A DNA stretch of 64,000 bases from the NCBI GenBank assembly GCA_964291415.2, contig OZ219918.1, positions 736,001 to 800,000 of the forward strand, written 5' to 3'. The notes under the pieces were generated by a model. It made no database searches and was not told where the DNA came from. It saw only the letters and a list, made by a program, of their open reading frames with translations. This DNA comes from Alphaproteobacteria bacterium (lineage in GTDB: Bacteria > Pseudomonadota > Alphaproteobacteria > SP197). Below, one piece after another: positions 40,611 to 50,342 of this stretch (its first letter is position 1; each line of letters begins with the position of its first letter). Both the position numbers and the translations under genes were made by a program.

Positions 40611-41923
40611 AGTTCAAGTCCCGCCCTGTGGCGGCGAAACGCGAAGTTGCCCCGGACACCCCAGCCAAGAAAGGGCTCGGGAGGCAGACGGTCGGGCCGC
40701 CCGGCGGCCAGCATGTAGGACAGGAGTTCGGATTTGTGGCCGACGATCATCTCCGCCAGCAGTTTGCCGCAGATGGTTCCGCGGGCCACGCCGACGCCGT
40801 TGTGACAGAAGCTGCCGAAGACTCCTTCGGCCAGTTCGCCGAACACGGGTTCTCCGTTGCGCGACAGGGCGAGAGCACCGCCCCAGGTGTACTCCAGGTC
40901 GACCCCGGGCAGCATGGCGAAGCGGTTGGCGAAGGATCGTCGATGTGCCTCGCGAGCCTTGAGTCTCATCGCGTCCTCGCAGTTGAGACGCCTGGCAAAG
41001 CTGTAGATGTTGCGAACCAGGATGCGGTCGCCGACGATGCGCCGTACCGTGCTGCCGAAGGGATCGGCCGGAATGATGCCCCAGGCGGCCGAACCGCCCA
41101 GGGTCTCGACTTCGTCCGGCTCGAGCCTGCGGGAGAGGCTCCCCCAGGTCGCGATGGGAATGAGGGACTTGCGATAGTAGCCGAACTGGGGCGCGAAACC
41201 GTTGTTGGCCAGCACCAGCGTGGTGCAGGAGACCGTACCGTCTGCCAGTTCGAGGAGGTGCCGGGGACCATGGGTGATAGCCGTCACCGGCGAATCCTCG
41301 TAGACCGCGACGTTCTCCGGCATTGACCGCGCCATGCCGGTCACCAGGGCGGCCGGCTGGACCTGGATGGTGCCGGGCGTGTGAAGACCCTGGATGTAGA
41401 AGTCGGTGCCGGTGATCGCCTTCATCTCCGCGGCGTCGATCCATCGGTAGTCGGCGCCGAGCAGATCGAGGTTGCCGCTGTAGGCCTTGATGAGCGCCTG
41501 GCCACGCTGTGTTGCGGCGCCGTGGATCTTGCCTTCCTCGCGCCAGTCGCAATCGATCTCCTGGCCCGTCACGATGTCGCGCAGATAGTCCTGTCCCGCC
41601 CGATTCAGGGCGATCTGCCGCCTTTCCGCATCCAGGGAGCCGGCGAAGTTCCTGGCGCGGATGTTGTGGGCCTGGTCGATGGCGAAGCCCGAGGAGCGTC
41701 CGGCGGCGTTGTTGCCGATCCGTTCGGCATCGATCAGGGCGACACGGGCCTCAGGGTCGAGTTCGCCGAGGCGCCGCGCGGCCGCCAGTCCGGTGTATCC
41801 GCCGCCGACGACCGCGTAGTCGACGCAGATCGTGCCGACTGCCCGCTTCGCCGGGGGCTGCGGGGGCAGGATCTCCAGCCATCCGTTTTGGTTGTCGGAC
41901 TTGGGCAGGACCCCGATCTTCAC
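40607..41923 (-). CDS. FAD-dependent amine/amino-acid oxidoreductase (DAO/PuuB-like)
   Basis: VVGGGYTGL.AARRL, GRSSGF, QPAALV.G, TWGG, NG.G...GT..G. Confidence 0.92.
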   Translation of the reverse strand: MKIGVLPKSDNQNGWLEILPPQPPAKRAVGTICVDYAVVGGGYTGLAAARRLGELDPEARVALIDAERIGNNAAGRSSGFAIDQAHNIRARNFAGSLDAERRQIALNRAGQDYLRDIVTGQEIDCDWREEGKIHGAATQRGQALIKAYSGNLDLLGADYRWIDAAEMKAITGTDFYIQGLHTPGTIQVQPAALVTGMARSMPENVAVYEDSPVTAITHGPRHLLELADGTVSCTTLVLANNGFAPQFGYYRKSLIPIATWGSLSRRLEPDEVETLGGSAAWGIIPADPFGSTVRRIVGDRILVRNIYSFARRLNCEDAMRLKAREAHRRSFANRFAMLPGVDLEYTWGGALALSRNGEPVFGELAEGVFGSFCHNGVGVARGTICGKLLAEMIVGHKSELLSYMLAAGRPDRLPPEPFLGWGVRGNFAFRRHRAGLEL

Positions 41924-42042
41924 GAGGAGAGATCCACCCGGATGGTTCTGGTTTCGCTGTACTGGTCATGGACGGCCACGCGGACGTCGATGACGCCCGT
42001 GGTCGAGAAGGACGGAGTGTTCGCCGGGTGGATCTTCGTCAT
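41920..42042 (-). other. 40-codon ORF translationally coupled to the oxidoreductase (small protein or gene remnant)
   Basis: MTKIHPANTPSFSTTGVIDVRVAVHDQYSETRTIRVDLSS; its TGA overlaps the next GTG (GTGA). Confidence 0.4.
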
Positions 42043-42094
42043 CGGACCCCGCTTCACGTGAGGTCAGGCCCGGCGGCAGAACTGTACGAGCCAG

Positions 42095-43033
42095 TCACCC
42101 GGTCGCCTCTTCCTGCCAGTCCCGCCAAACCTGCCGTTCCGCCTTGCTGCGGTTGACCGGCAGTTTGGATAGAGCCATGCGCAGCTCATGCTGTGCCGGC
42201 TCGGGCACGAATGGCAGCGGCTTGCGCGGCGGACCCATGTCGCGTCCCGAGAGCCGTGTCGCCTCCTTGACGCCGCTCATGTAGTCGACCTCGTGGCCGT
42301 TGCCCCACAACCAAAGGCAGACGGCGCACATCGCATCCCACAGGGCCAGCGCCTCGCCATGTTCGCCGCCAGCAATCAGGTCGTAGAGCTTGGCGCACTC
42401 CTGGGGCATGAAGTTCGCCGCGCCCCAGATCATGCCGACGCAGCCCGCCATCAGACTGTGGGGCGCATAGGGATCGGTGCCGTTGAAAACGCCTCCGCCG
42501 CAGGCGATCAGCCTCTGCAGTTCCGGAAAGTCGCCGGAACTGTCCTTGACGTAATCGAGGTTCTCCACCTCGATCAGGCGGCGGTAGAGATCGACGGTCA
42601 GCGGTGCTGCCTGTTGCGGCACGTTGTACATGACCACCGGAATGTTGATCGCCCTGGCGATCGCCTCGTAGTGATGGAACACGCCGCGTTCGCCGGGAGG
42701 CTCGAGATAGGGGGGCATGACCATGACCGCGGCAACGCCGCAGTCTTCCGCCGCGCGCGCCTTGGCGATGCAGTCGGCCGTGCTCAGCGCCGTGGTCTGC
42801 GCGATCATCGGTACGCGGCCATCGACGTGTCGGACACCCTCTCGGATGAGAAAGTCGCGCTCGTCGTCTCTCAGGTAGGCGTACTCGCCGGTTCCCGAGC
42901 ACAGCACGAGACCATGCAGGCCCGCCTCGATCATGTCGTCGATATGGGCCCTGTAGCGCCCCGGATCGATCGTTTCGCCGTCGTCCTCGAAGGGTGTGCA
43001 CATGGCCGCGAAGATGCCGCGCAGTTGGGTCAT
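42095..43033 (-). CDS. Dihydrodipicolinate synthase family aldolase/deaminase
   Basis: TPF, GTGEY, MYNVP, Schiff-base YVKDSSGD; start set at MTQLRG. Confidence 0.92.
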   Translation of the reverse strand: MTQLRGIFAAMCTPFEDDGETIDPGRYRAHIDDMIEAGLHGLVLCSGTGEYAYLRDDERDFLIREGVRHVDGRVPMIAQTTALSTADCIAKARAAEDCGVAAVMVMPPYLEPPGERGVFHHYEAIARAINIPVVMYNVPQQAAPLTVDLYRRLIEVENLDYVKDSSGDFPELQRLIACGGGVFNGTDPYAPHSLMAGCVGMIWGAANFMPQECAKLYDLIAGGEHGEALALWDAMCAVCLWLWGNGHEVDYMSGVKEATRLSGRDMGPPRKPLPFVPEPAQHELRMALSKLPVNRSKAERQVWRDWQEEATG

Positions 43034-43302
43034 GTCCTGTTCTCGCCATCCCTGGAGCAGAAGGTGTGCCGGAGCCCGGCGATGATAGTCAGGACCCGTG
43101 AGGCCAACAAGAACGAATGGGATTCGACAGGATCCGGGCCAGGCGTCGATATCTGTTCCGCGTCTGATGTCCGGCGTCCGCCGGAACGACCGGACTGTCT
43201 CGAATGCAACGACGCAACCGCCGGGATCCCGTGAGCACGGTAGTTCGGCTCCCTTCACGACAGGAAGCCGGAAGGATCAAGGCAGATGTCGAACCGGTCG
43301 AA

Positions 43303-44409
43303 TCAGTTGTAGGACGCGACTGGAGGACCGAGTCGTTCAGGCGACGGCGAGATTCCCAGACCCGGTCCTTCCGGCAGCGCGATTCGACCGTTCAAGACCT
43401 CGATGCCTCCTTCGGGGTCGTAGTGGACCCCGGTATAGGGCTGGGAGATCCACACACCCTCGTTGAGATGCGCTTCCACCGTCGCTCCGGCATGGACGCA
43501 GGCGGCTGCGGCGATGTCGCCTCCGAAGCTGTCGTCGCACGTATGGGGAAGGGACCACACCTTGCAGATTTCGCGCGCCGTGCGCAGGTTGCTGAGCCCG
43601 CCGAGCCGCCCGATCTTGAATCCGAAGCCGTCGCAGAGGCCGGAGCCGACGGCGTAGAGGACATCGCCGAGGTTCTCCGTGTTCTCGTCGAGGTAGACCG
43701 GATGTTCGAGTAGCGGACGGATACGGGCGATTTCCGCCATGGTGTTGCAGGGCTGCTCGAGGACGATCGGGATATCGGCACACGCCTTCGACAGGTGGAG
43801 GACGTCACGGGTCGTCCAGCCACGGTTGGCATCGGCGACGAGCCGGGCCGACATCCCGACGGTCTCCCAGACCTTGCGGATCGTCGCGATGTCGGCGTCG
43901 ACGGAGCGGCCGCCCACCTTGAGTTGCAGACGCGGGAAACCCTGCCGGCTCTTCTCCAGGGCAAGGCGGGCGACCTCGTCAGGTTCGCCTACGCTGATGG
44001 CATAATAGGATGGAACCTCCTCGACGACCGCGCCGCCCAGAAGATCGCAGACTCTGACACCGTGAACCTTGCCCAGGAGATCCCAGTGCGCCATGTCGAC
44101 CACGGCCTTCGCGTAGTTGTGACCGTTGAGGTGGGCGTCCATGTTCCGGTGGAGGCCGTTGACGTTCAGCGGATCCTCGCCAATGAGGTGAGGGGCCATT
44201 TCGGCAAGCGCGGCCCTGGCGCCGAGCGCGTGCTCGGGCTGGTAGGTCGGGCCAACGGGGCAGGTCTCCCCGTAGGCCCTGAGACCCGTATCGGTGACGA
44301 GTTCGACGACGGTGGAGTCAACCTCATCAAGGCTGGCGCCCGACATGACGTAGGATCCGTTCCGGATAGGGAGATCGATCCGGTGGACGTGCAGTTCGGC
44401 AATCTTCAA
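43303..44409 (-). CDS. hpbD: Enolase-superfamily 4-hydroxyproline betaine 2-epimerase-like enzyme
   Basis: GETCPVGPTY, GHNYAK, RLQLK.G, DANRGWTTRD, EQPCN, DGFG.K, LPHTCDD..GGDI; close to HpbD as recalled; TTG start. Confidence 0.8.
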   Translation of the reverse strand: MKIAELHVHRIDLPIRNGSYVMSGASLDEVDSTVVELVTDTGLRAYGETCPVGPTYQPEHALGARAALAEMAPHLIGEDPLNVNGLHRNMDAHLNGHNYAKAVVDMAHWDLLGKVHGVRVCDLLGGAVVEEVPSYYAISVGEPDEVARLALEKSRQGFPRLQLKVGGRSVDADIATIRKVWETVGMSARLVADANRGWTTRDVLHLSKACADIPIVLEQPCNTMAEIARIRPLLEHPVYLDENTENLGDVLYAVGSGLCDGFGFKIGRLGGLSNLRTAREICKVWSLPHTCDDSFGGDIAAAACVHAGATVEAHLNEGVWISQPYTGVHYDPEGGIEVLNGRIALPEGPGLGISPSPERLGPPVASYN

Positions 44410-44540
44410 AAGGCAGCGGCCAAGGGTGGTATCACGATCAGCCTAGCGGTGTGGAAGCTGGCGCGAAAGTTCCTCCGGTGAGGCCGAACCGGGTTCGTTT
44501 CCCGTGCGGCACGGGCGAGGCACACAACCCCCCGAACCAC

Positions 44541-44559
44541 GTCCGCTGCCGCAGCGGAC
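44541..44559. terminator. Palindrome downstream of vapC
   Basis: GTCCGCTGC-C-GCAGCGGAC. Confidence 0.4.
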
Positions 44560-44565
44560 CGCGGT

Positions 44566-44979
44566 TCACGAATCATCGTTCTCGTGTGCCGGCAATGCGG
44601 CTCTCACATCGGTGAGAGCGAAGTCCGATCCCTTGTACAGCAACGGCTCACCTGTCGTTTCGGCAAGCGCGTAGGCGAAGCAGTCGCCGAAGTTCAACGC
44701 CGCCGGATGGTTGCCCTTTCCGAAACGACGCCAAGCGCGCCGCGCAGCGATGGCGTGTTCGGCGGTCACCGCGACGAGTTCGATGGACGCTTTCTCCAGC
44801 ACGGCGTCAAGAGCCTGGCCGGCTGCCGCGCCGCCGCGTCCCTCGACAACCATCGCTGCTTCGAGCAGCGCGACCGCCGACATGCGGCGCGGCCAACCCG
44901 TCGCGATCGCTCGTTCATACCGTGCCGCATCCACCTCGCCGAACAATATGGCAAGGACTGCCGAGGTATCGATGATCAC
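44566..44979 (-). CDS. vapC: VapC PIN-domain toxin
   Basis: MIIDTSAVLAIL..E, FGKG.HPA.LNFGDCFAYALA, LL.KG.DF. Confidence 0.95.
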   Translation of the reverse strand: MIIDTSAVLAILFGEVDAARYERAIATGWPRRMSAVALLEAAMVVEGRGGAAAGQALDAVLEKASIELVAVTAEHAIAARRAWRRFGKGNHPAALNFGDCFAYALAETTGEPLLYKGSDFALTDVRAALPAHENDDS

Positions 44980-45233
44980 TTGGGCAGGCCTCGCTCGTCA
45001 TAGATCAAGTCGCCATGTTCGACTGCGGACGGTCCGGGTTTCAGCAGACCTGCACAGCGCTGTCCGATCGCGTGAAGTTCCTGAGCCAAAGCATCTTCAT
45101 GCCGGCGTTGTCGCTCCCGCTCCAGACGTTCTCGCAGCGCGGCGGTGATCGCGCCCGTCATGGTATCGCCGGTCAGTCGGGCTACCTCGCGCGCCAACCT
45201 GCAGGTCTCCTCGTTCTTTATGTTCAAGCCCAT
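44976..45233 (-). CDS. vapB: VapB antitoxin (Rv0623/PSK transcription-factor type)
   Basis: MGLNIKNEE..RLA.E.A.LTG.T.T.AI..AL.ERL; YDE.GLP; stop overlaps the vapC start. Confidence 0.93.
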   Translation of the reverse strand: MGLNIKNEETCRLAREVARLTGDTMTGAITAALRERLERERQRRHEDALAQELHAIGQRCAGLLKPGPSAVEHGDLIYDERGLPK

Positions 45234-45242
45234 CGCACCCTC

Positions 45243-45274
45243 GGTAGAAAGCGGCGGAACATTATACCCTACCC
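45243..45274 (-). promoter_or_regulatory. vapBC promoter: TATAAT flanked by GGTAG/CTACC inverted repeat
   Basis: Minus strand GGTAGggTATAATgttccgccgctttCTACC. Confidence 0.55.
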
Positions 45275-45491
45275 ATCGATGACGACGAAGGCAATGAATG
45301 CTCCGACCGTGGATGCCGTCGTCAGAGGACGACTGTCCGGTAAGGCGACGGACAGGGGCTGCCTCAATCCGCGCGGCCGTGCGCGATTGACCGTGGACTC
45401 GGGGTCGGTGGCAGTCCTGAGCCAAACCTGGAGCACATCCGCATTCACAATGACTGGCTGAACTCGCCACGCACGATCGGCAGCCTTCCGG

Positions 45492-46427
45492 TCATCGTGT
45501 GCCAAATGCCCGCAAACATCTCAGGACGAGGCCGGCGGGGCCGCGTTGCCGCCACGATGCGCCTCTTCGGCGCTGGCTGCTCTGCGCGATGGACTGGGTC
45601 AGGCGGTCCAGCACGATGGCCAGCAGCACGATGCCGAGTCCGCCGACGGTCGCAAGTCCCATGTCCAGCCGGCCGATTCCGCGCAGCACCATCTGGCCCA
45701 GTCCTCCAACGGCGATCATGGAGGCGATGACGACCATCGACAGCGACATCATGAGTGTCTGGTTGATCCCCGCCATGATCGAAGGCATGGCGAGCGGCAG
45801 CTGCGCCTTCCACAGCAACTGGCGCCTGGACGCGCCGAAAGCCAGCATGGCCTCGATCACATCGTTCGGCACCTGCCGGATGCCGAGATTGGTCAGGCGG
45901 ATGACGGGAGGCAGCGCGAAGATGATGGTGACGATGACGCCGGGAACATTGCCGATGCCGAACAGCATGACGATCGGCACCAGGTAAACGAAGGCCGGAA
46001 TGGTCTGCATGCCGTCGAGAATGGGCCGCACGAGGGTATAGAAGCGGTCGCTCCTGGCAGCCCAGATACCCAGAGGTATCCCGATGACGAGGCACAGCAC
46101 CAGGGACGTGAAGACGACCGAAAGCGTCGTCATGGTTCCCTGCCAGACTCCGAGGAAACCGATGAAGAGCAGGGATGCGATGACGGCGAGCATCAGCCTG
46201 ATCCCGGCGATCTGCCAGGCCGCCAACGCGAAGATGGCCAGCATGAGCGTCGGCGGCATGCTGCCGAGCGCCCACTCGAAGTTGCGCAGCACCAGATCCA
46301 CGGGCCACTTCAGGGCCTGGAAGAAGGGCCGATAGTTTGCGACCAGCCAACGCAGTCCGTCCGAGACCCAGATCTCGAGCGGAACCGTGCCGCATTCGAA
46401 GACATTGAGCAGGCCGCATTCATCCAC
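45492..46427 (-). CDS. proW: Glycine betaine/proline ABC permease
   Basis: [48 protein letters not shown]. Confidence 0.93.
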   Translation of the reverse strand: MDECGLLNVFECGTVPLEIWVSDGLRWLVANYRPFFQALKWPVDLVLRNFEWALGSMPPTLMLAIFALAAWQIAGIRLMLAVIASLLFIGFLGVWQGTMTTLSVVFTSLVLCLVIGIPLGIWAARSDRFYTLVRPILDGMQTIPAFVYLVPIVMLFGIGNVPGVIVTIIFALPPVIRLTNLGIRQVPNDVIEAMLAFGASRRQLLWKAQLPLAMPSIMAGINQTLMMSLSMVVIASMIAVGGLGQMVLRGIGRLDMGLATVGGLGIVLLAIVLDRLTQSIAQSSQRRRGASWRQRGPAGLVLRCLRAFGTR

Positions 46428-47523
46428 GAGTCGGCACTCCCTTGTCCTCTCGGGCCGCTGCTTCGGGCCCGTCTTCCGACCGGTGGCCCTGGATGCCGCG
46501 AAGCAGGGTCCGGCCGGTCACGATGCCGACGGTCCGGCCTTCCGCGACGACGAGAATGGGATGCGGGCTTGTCACAGCCAGGTCGGTAAGGCGGTTCAGA
46601 CTGTCGTCAGGCGAGGCTCTCGGGCAGACCTTCTCGTCGATTGTACCGTGCCGCGTGGCATAGGCCTCGGGCGATTCCATGATCTTGTGTGCCGTCACCA
46701 GGTTGAGCCTGGAGATTCCGGCAACAAAATCCGCCACGTACTCGTCCTTTGGATTGGTGACGATGTCTTCGGGAGTGCCGATCTGCACAAGGGCACCGTC
46801 CTTCATGACGGCGATGCGATGGCCGATCCGAATCGCTTCGTCGAGGTCGTGGGTGATAAAGAGCGTGGTCTTGTTCATCCGCGAGGCCAGTGTCATGAAC
46901 TCGCCCTGGAGTTCCCGGCGAATCAGGGGATCGAGCGCCGAGAAAGGTTCGTCCATCAGGAGAATGTGCGGGTCGGCCGCCAGCGCCCGGGCAAGGCCGA
47001 CACGCTGCTTCATGCCGCCTGACAGCTCGTCGGGATAGTGGTCGCCCCAACCGGCGAGATCGACCCGTTCGAGTGTGTCCTCGGCGGTTGCGTTGCGCGT
47101 GTTCCTGTCGATTCCGCGCAGTTCGAGACCGAGCGCGACATTGTCCAGCACCGACCGGTGGGGAAGCAGGGCCATGTTCTGGAACACCATGCCGATCTTC
47201 CTCGACCGGAGCTCGCGCAGGGCCTCCGGCGCAAGCGTGTTGACGGCGATCCCCTCGACCAGAATCTCGCCCGCACTGGGATCGATGAGCCGGTTCACAT
47301 GGCGGATGAGTGTGGACTTGCCGGAGCCCGACAGACCCATGATGCAGAAGATCTCGCCCTCGGCTACGTCGAAGCTGACGTCCCGCACGCCGACGACACA
47401 TCCGAATTCTTCCAGCACCTGGCTCTTTCCGATTCCGCGCGATCTGACCGCGGCCAGCGCCTCCGTCTCGCGTCCGCCAAAGATTTTCCAGACGCTCCGG
47501 CACTCAATGGTGGCGTTCGCCAT
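46420..47523 (-). CDS. proV: Glycine betaine/proline ABC ATP-binding protein
   Basis: [43 protein letters not shown]. Confidence 0.93.
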   Translation of the reverse strand: MANATIECRSVWKIFGGRETEALAAVRSRGIGKSQVLEEFGCVVGVRDVSFDVAEGEIFCIMGLSGSGKSTLIRHVNRLIDPSAGEILVEGIAVNTLAPEALRELRSRKIGMVFQNMALLPHRSVLDNVALGLELRGIDRNTRNATAEDTLERVDLAGWGDHYPDELSGGMKQRVGLARALAADPHILLMDEPFSALDPLIRRELQGEFMTLASRMNKTTLFITHDLDEAIRIGHRIAVMKDGALVQIGTPEDIVTNPKDEYVADFVAGISRLNLVTAHKIMESPEAYATRHGTIDEKVCPRASPDDSLNRLTDLAVTSPHPILVVAEGRTVGIVTGRTLLRGIQGHRSEDGPEAAAREDKGVPTRG

Positions 47524-47608
47524 GCCGTCTCCGGGCTATCGAATCAAAACGGGTGCATGGCCAACCATGCACCCGCTTCATCCAGATCGAGAAGGGAAAG
47601 CAGGCGCG

Positions 47609-48595
47609 TTACTGCGCCGCTTTCGCCTCGGCGATCCAGCTGTCCCATTGCGCCCGGTTCGCCTCGATCCAGTCGAGGGCGTGCTGGCGAATCTGCTCGT
47701 CCGAATTCTCGCCCTCGTTCACGAGCATGTTCTGGGCATTGATGTCGCCGATGGGGATCTGCAGCAACTCGAACCACTTCACCGCGACCGGGTTGGCCTC
47801 GAGCCATGCCGTGTTGGCGACGACATGCTGCGTGTTGACGGCAAACCCGAGATTGCCGATTCCCTCCACAGTCGTGCTGTCCTCTTCGGTCCGTCCATCG
47901 GGCAGGGACGTGAAGGGAACGTTGAGCCACACCACCTCGTGCCCGGGGCGCAGAACGCCGCTGAGCCAGAGTGGAGTCCAGGTGTAGTAGAGCGTGGATT
48001 GTCCACTCCTGATACGTTCCACGGCGTCGGGAATGATGGCAAAATAACCGCCTTGACGATGCTCGACCGTGTCCCGCAGCTCGTAGGCATCAAGCTGGTG
48101 CTCGATGACGCGCTCGCAACCCCAGCCCGTCTCGCAGCCATAGAGGTCGGCCTTGCCGTTGCCGTCGATGTCGAACAGCTTCGCAAGTTCCGGATCCTGC
48201 AGCTGGTCGAGCGTCGTGATGCCATGGGCTTCCGCGGTCGGCTTGTCGATGAGATAGCCTTGCAGCGAGTTCTCGACCAGGGTTCCGACCCGCTGCCAGG
48301 CCGCGTCGCCACCCTGCTGTTCCCAGAAGGTCTTGTGAAGCGGCCACCAGAGCATCGGATAGTACGTGGCATCGCCGTTCGCCACCGCCACGAAACTGGC
48401 CTGCATCTGGGCGATCGCCGGCTCTTCCACCTCGTAGCCGAGTTCTTCCAGTCCCATGCCGACAACGTAGGCCTGGAAGAGCTCTTCCGAGATTCCCTGG
48501 TAAATCGGCTTGACGGTGTCCGCGGCCACCGTAGTCGGCGCCAACTGGACGGCCAGAAGCATGCTTGCCGCTGCCCAAACTGCCCTCTTGATCAT
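47609..48595 (-). CDS. proX: Glycine betaine/proline betaine binding protein
   Basis: EE.FQ, W.PLH, QGYLIDK.TA, FD.DG.GKADL.GC..GWGC, YYTWTP.W. Confidence 0.9.
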   Translation of the reverse strand: MIKRAVWAAASMLLAVQLAPTTVAADTVKPIYQGISEELFQAYVVGMGLEELGYEVEEPAIAQMQASFVAVANGDATYYPMLWWPLHKTFWEQQGGDAAWQRVGTLVENSLQGYLIDKPTAEAHGITTLDQLQDPELAKLFDIDGNGKADLYGCETGWGCERVIEHQLDAYELRDTVEHRQGGYFAIIPDAVERIRSGQSTLYYTWTPLWLSGVLRPGHEVVWLNVPFTSLPDGRTEEDSTTVEGIGNLGFAVNTQHVVANTAWLEANPVAVKWFELLQIPIGDINAQNMLVNEGENSDEQIRQHALDWIEANRAQWDSWIAEAKAAQ

Positions 48596-48769
48596 TCCTT
48601 GCCTCCCTCGATGCCTGAAACGGCACCCGTTCTGTCGTCGTCAAGCGTATTCGGCTAGTGTCATCGAGGTCAAATGAAGAACGCCCGCTGTCGGCCCGGC
48701 GAAGACAGGGAGTTGTATGGTCAACCGGCAGAAAGCAGGTAGTCTGGCCTCACGCAGGGAGTTCTGCAT

Positions 48770-50314
48770 ATGACCGCCGTTGATGCCGTCGACAAGCCGC
48801 GAAGGCGCCGTGGACGGGACGCGCGCAAACAGGCCCGTATCGAGCGGCCGGCCCGCTTCCTGCCCGAGCTCGACCGCAGGATTCCCGTGATCGATCTCAT
48901 GACGCCGGATCAGGTCGAGCGCATCCACGATGCGACCATGACCCTGCTCGAGAGCAAGGGAATCGAGTTCCGGGACGATGAGAGCGTGGCCCTGTGGAAG
49001 GCAGCCGGAGCGCCGGTCGAGGGCTACAGGGTGCGCATCGACCGGGGCCAGTTGCTGGAACTGATTGCCACGGTGCCCGAGAGCTACACCATGGTCGCCC
49101 GCAACCGGGCACGCTCGGTCTCACTGGGCGGGTTGAAGCAGATCTTCACGCCGGCCTACGGTTCGCCCTACGTTCTCGATCTCGACGGACAGCGCCGCTA
49201 CGGGACGCTCGCCGACTTCGACGCCTTCGCCAAGCTGGCTCACATGTCGCCGGCCATGCACCTTTCCGGCGGCGTGCTGTGCGAACCGATGGACGTGCCC
49301 GTGCCGAAGCGCCATCTCCACATGGTCTACAGTCTCGTCAAGCACTCGGACAAGCCGTTCATGGGCATGGTGACGGCGCGCGAGCGGGCCGAGGACACCG
49401 TCGCCATGGCGAAGATCCTGTTCGGTGCCGAGTTCGTCGAGAGCAACACCGTCATGACGTCCATCGCCAACTGCAACTCGCCGCTGGTATGGGACCAGAC
49501 CATGCTCAATGCGGCCAAGGTCTATGCGGCCGCCAACCAGGCCATGCTCTATACGCCGTTCGTGCTCGGCGGCGCCAGCACGCCGGCCAGCACCGTCGGG
49601 TCGCTGGTCCAGATCAACGCCGAGGCACTGGCCGGAATTGCCTTCTCCCAGCTGGTCCGCAGCGGCGCGCCCGCCGTCTACGGCCAGTGGCTGGCAACGG
49701 TTTCCATGAAGTCCGGAGCGCCCATGGCGGGAACGCCGGAGATCTGCCACATGAACATGCTGGTCGGCCAGATGGCCCGCCACTATCGTCTGCCCTGGCG
49801 CTGCAGCGGCGGCTGTTCGAGCGCCAAGATCGTCGATGCCCAGGCCGGCTACGAAGCCGCGCGCAACATGTACGGCGTGATGATGGCCGGCGCCAACTTC
49901 GTTCTCTCGACCACGGGCTACATGGAGGGAGCGCTGACCCAGAGCTATGCGAAGTTCGTGCTCGACGCCGAACAGATGGAGATGTTCTACAGACTTGGAC
50001 AGGGCGTGAATTTTGGCGAACTCGACGCTGCCCTCGAGGCGATCGGGGAGGTCGAGGCCGGCGGACACTTCCTCGGCACGAAACACACGCTCGAGAACTT
50101 CGAGCAAGCTTTCATGATGCCCGAACTGATGAACCACGACAGCTTCGAGCAATGGGAGGCGGAAGGCGGTCTGGATGCCGACCGGCGCGCCGCCGCCCGT
50201 GTACGGCAGATGATCGAGGAATACGTGCCACCGCCGCTGGACGAGGCCATAGACGAGGAACTGCGCGACTTCGTCGCCCGCCGCGAGCGGGAGCTGCCTG
50301 ACAATGTGAGTTAG
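48770..50314 (+). CDS. Trimethylamine methyltransferase (MttB) superfamily, non-pyrrolysine
   Basis: ERIH......L...GIEF, RR.GT..DF, EP.D.P...RHL, NSPL.WD, GHFLG..HT, L.EAIDEEL..FV; no in-frame TAG. Confidence 0.92.
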   Translation: MTAVDAVDKPRRRRGRDARKQARIERPARFLPELDRRIPVIDLMTPDQVERIHDATMTLLESKGIEFRDDESVALWKAAGAPVEGYRVRIDRGQLLELIATVPESYTMVARNRARSVSLGGLKQIFTPAYGSPYVLDLDGQRRYGTLADFDAFAKLAHMSPAMHLSGGVLCEPMDVPVPKRHLHMVYSLVKHSDKPFMGMVTARERAEDTVAMAKILFGAEFVESNTVMTSIANCNSPLVWDQTMLNAAKVYAAANQAMLYTPFVLGGASTPASTVGSLVQINAEALAGIAFSQLVRSGAPAVYGQWLATVSMKSGAPMAGTPEICHMNMLVGQMARHYRLPWRCSGGCSSAKIVDAQAGYEAARNMYGVMMAGANFVLSTTGYMEGALTQSYAKFVLDAEQMEMFYRLGQGVNFGELDAALEAIGEVEAGGHFLGTKHTLENFEQAFMMPELMNHDSFEQWEAEGGLDADRRAAARVRQMIEEYVPPPLDEAIDEELRDFVARRERELPDNVS

Positions 50315-50342
50315 TCGGGGCAGCCCGCCCCGAACCTGTGAT

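Noticed and set aside
48770-50314. Pyrrolysine recoding of MttB
   Set aside because: No internal TAG (the only one is the terminal stop after a full-length protein) and no pyl genes in the window
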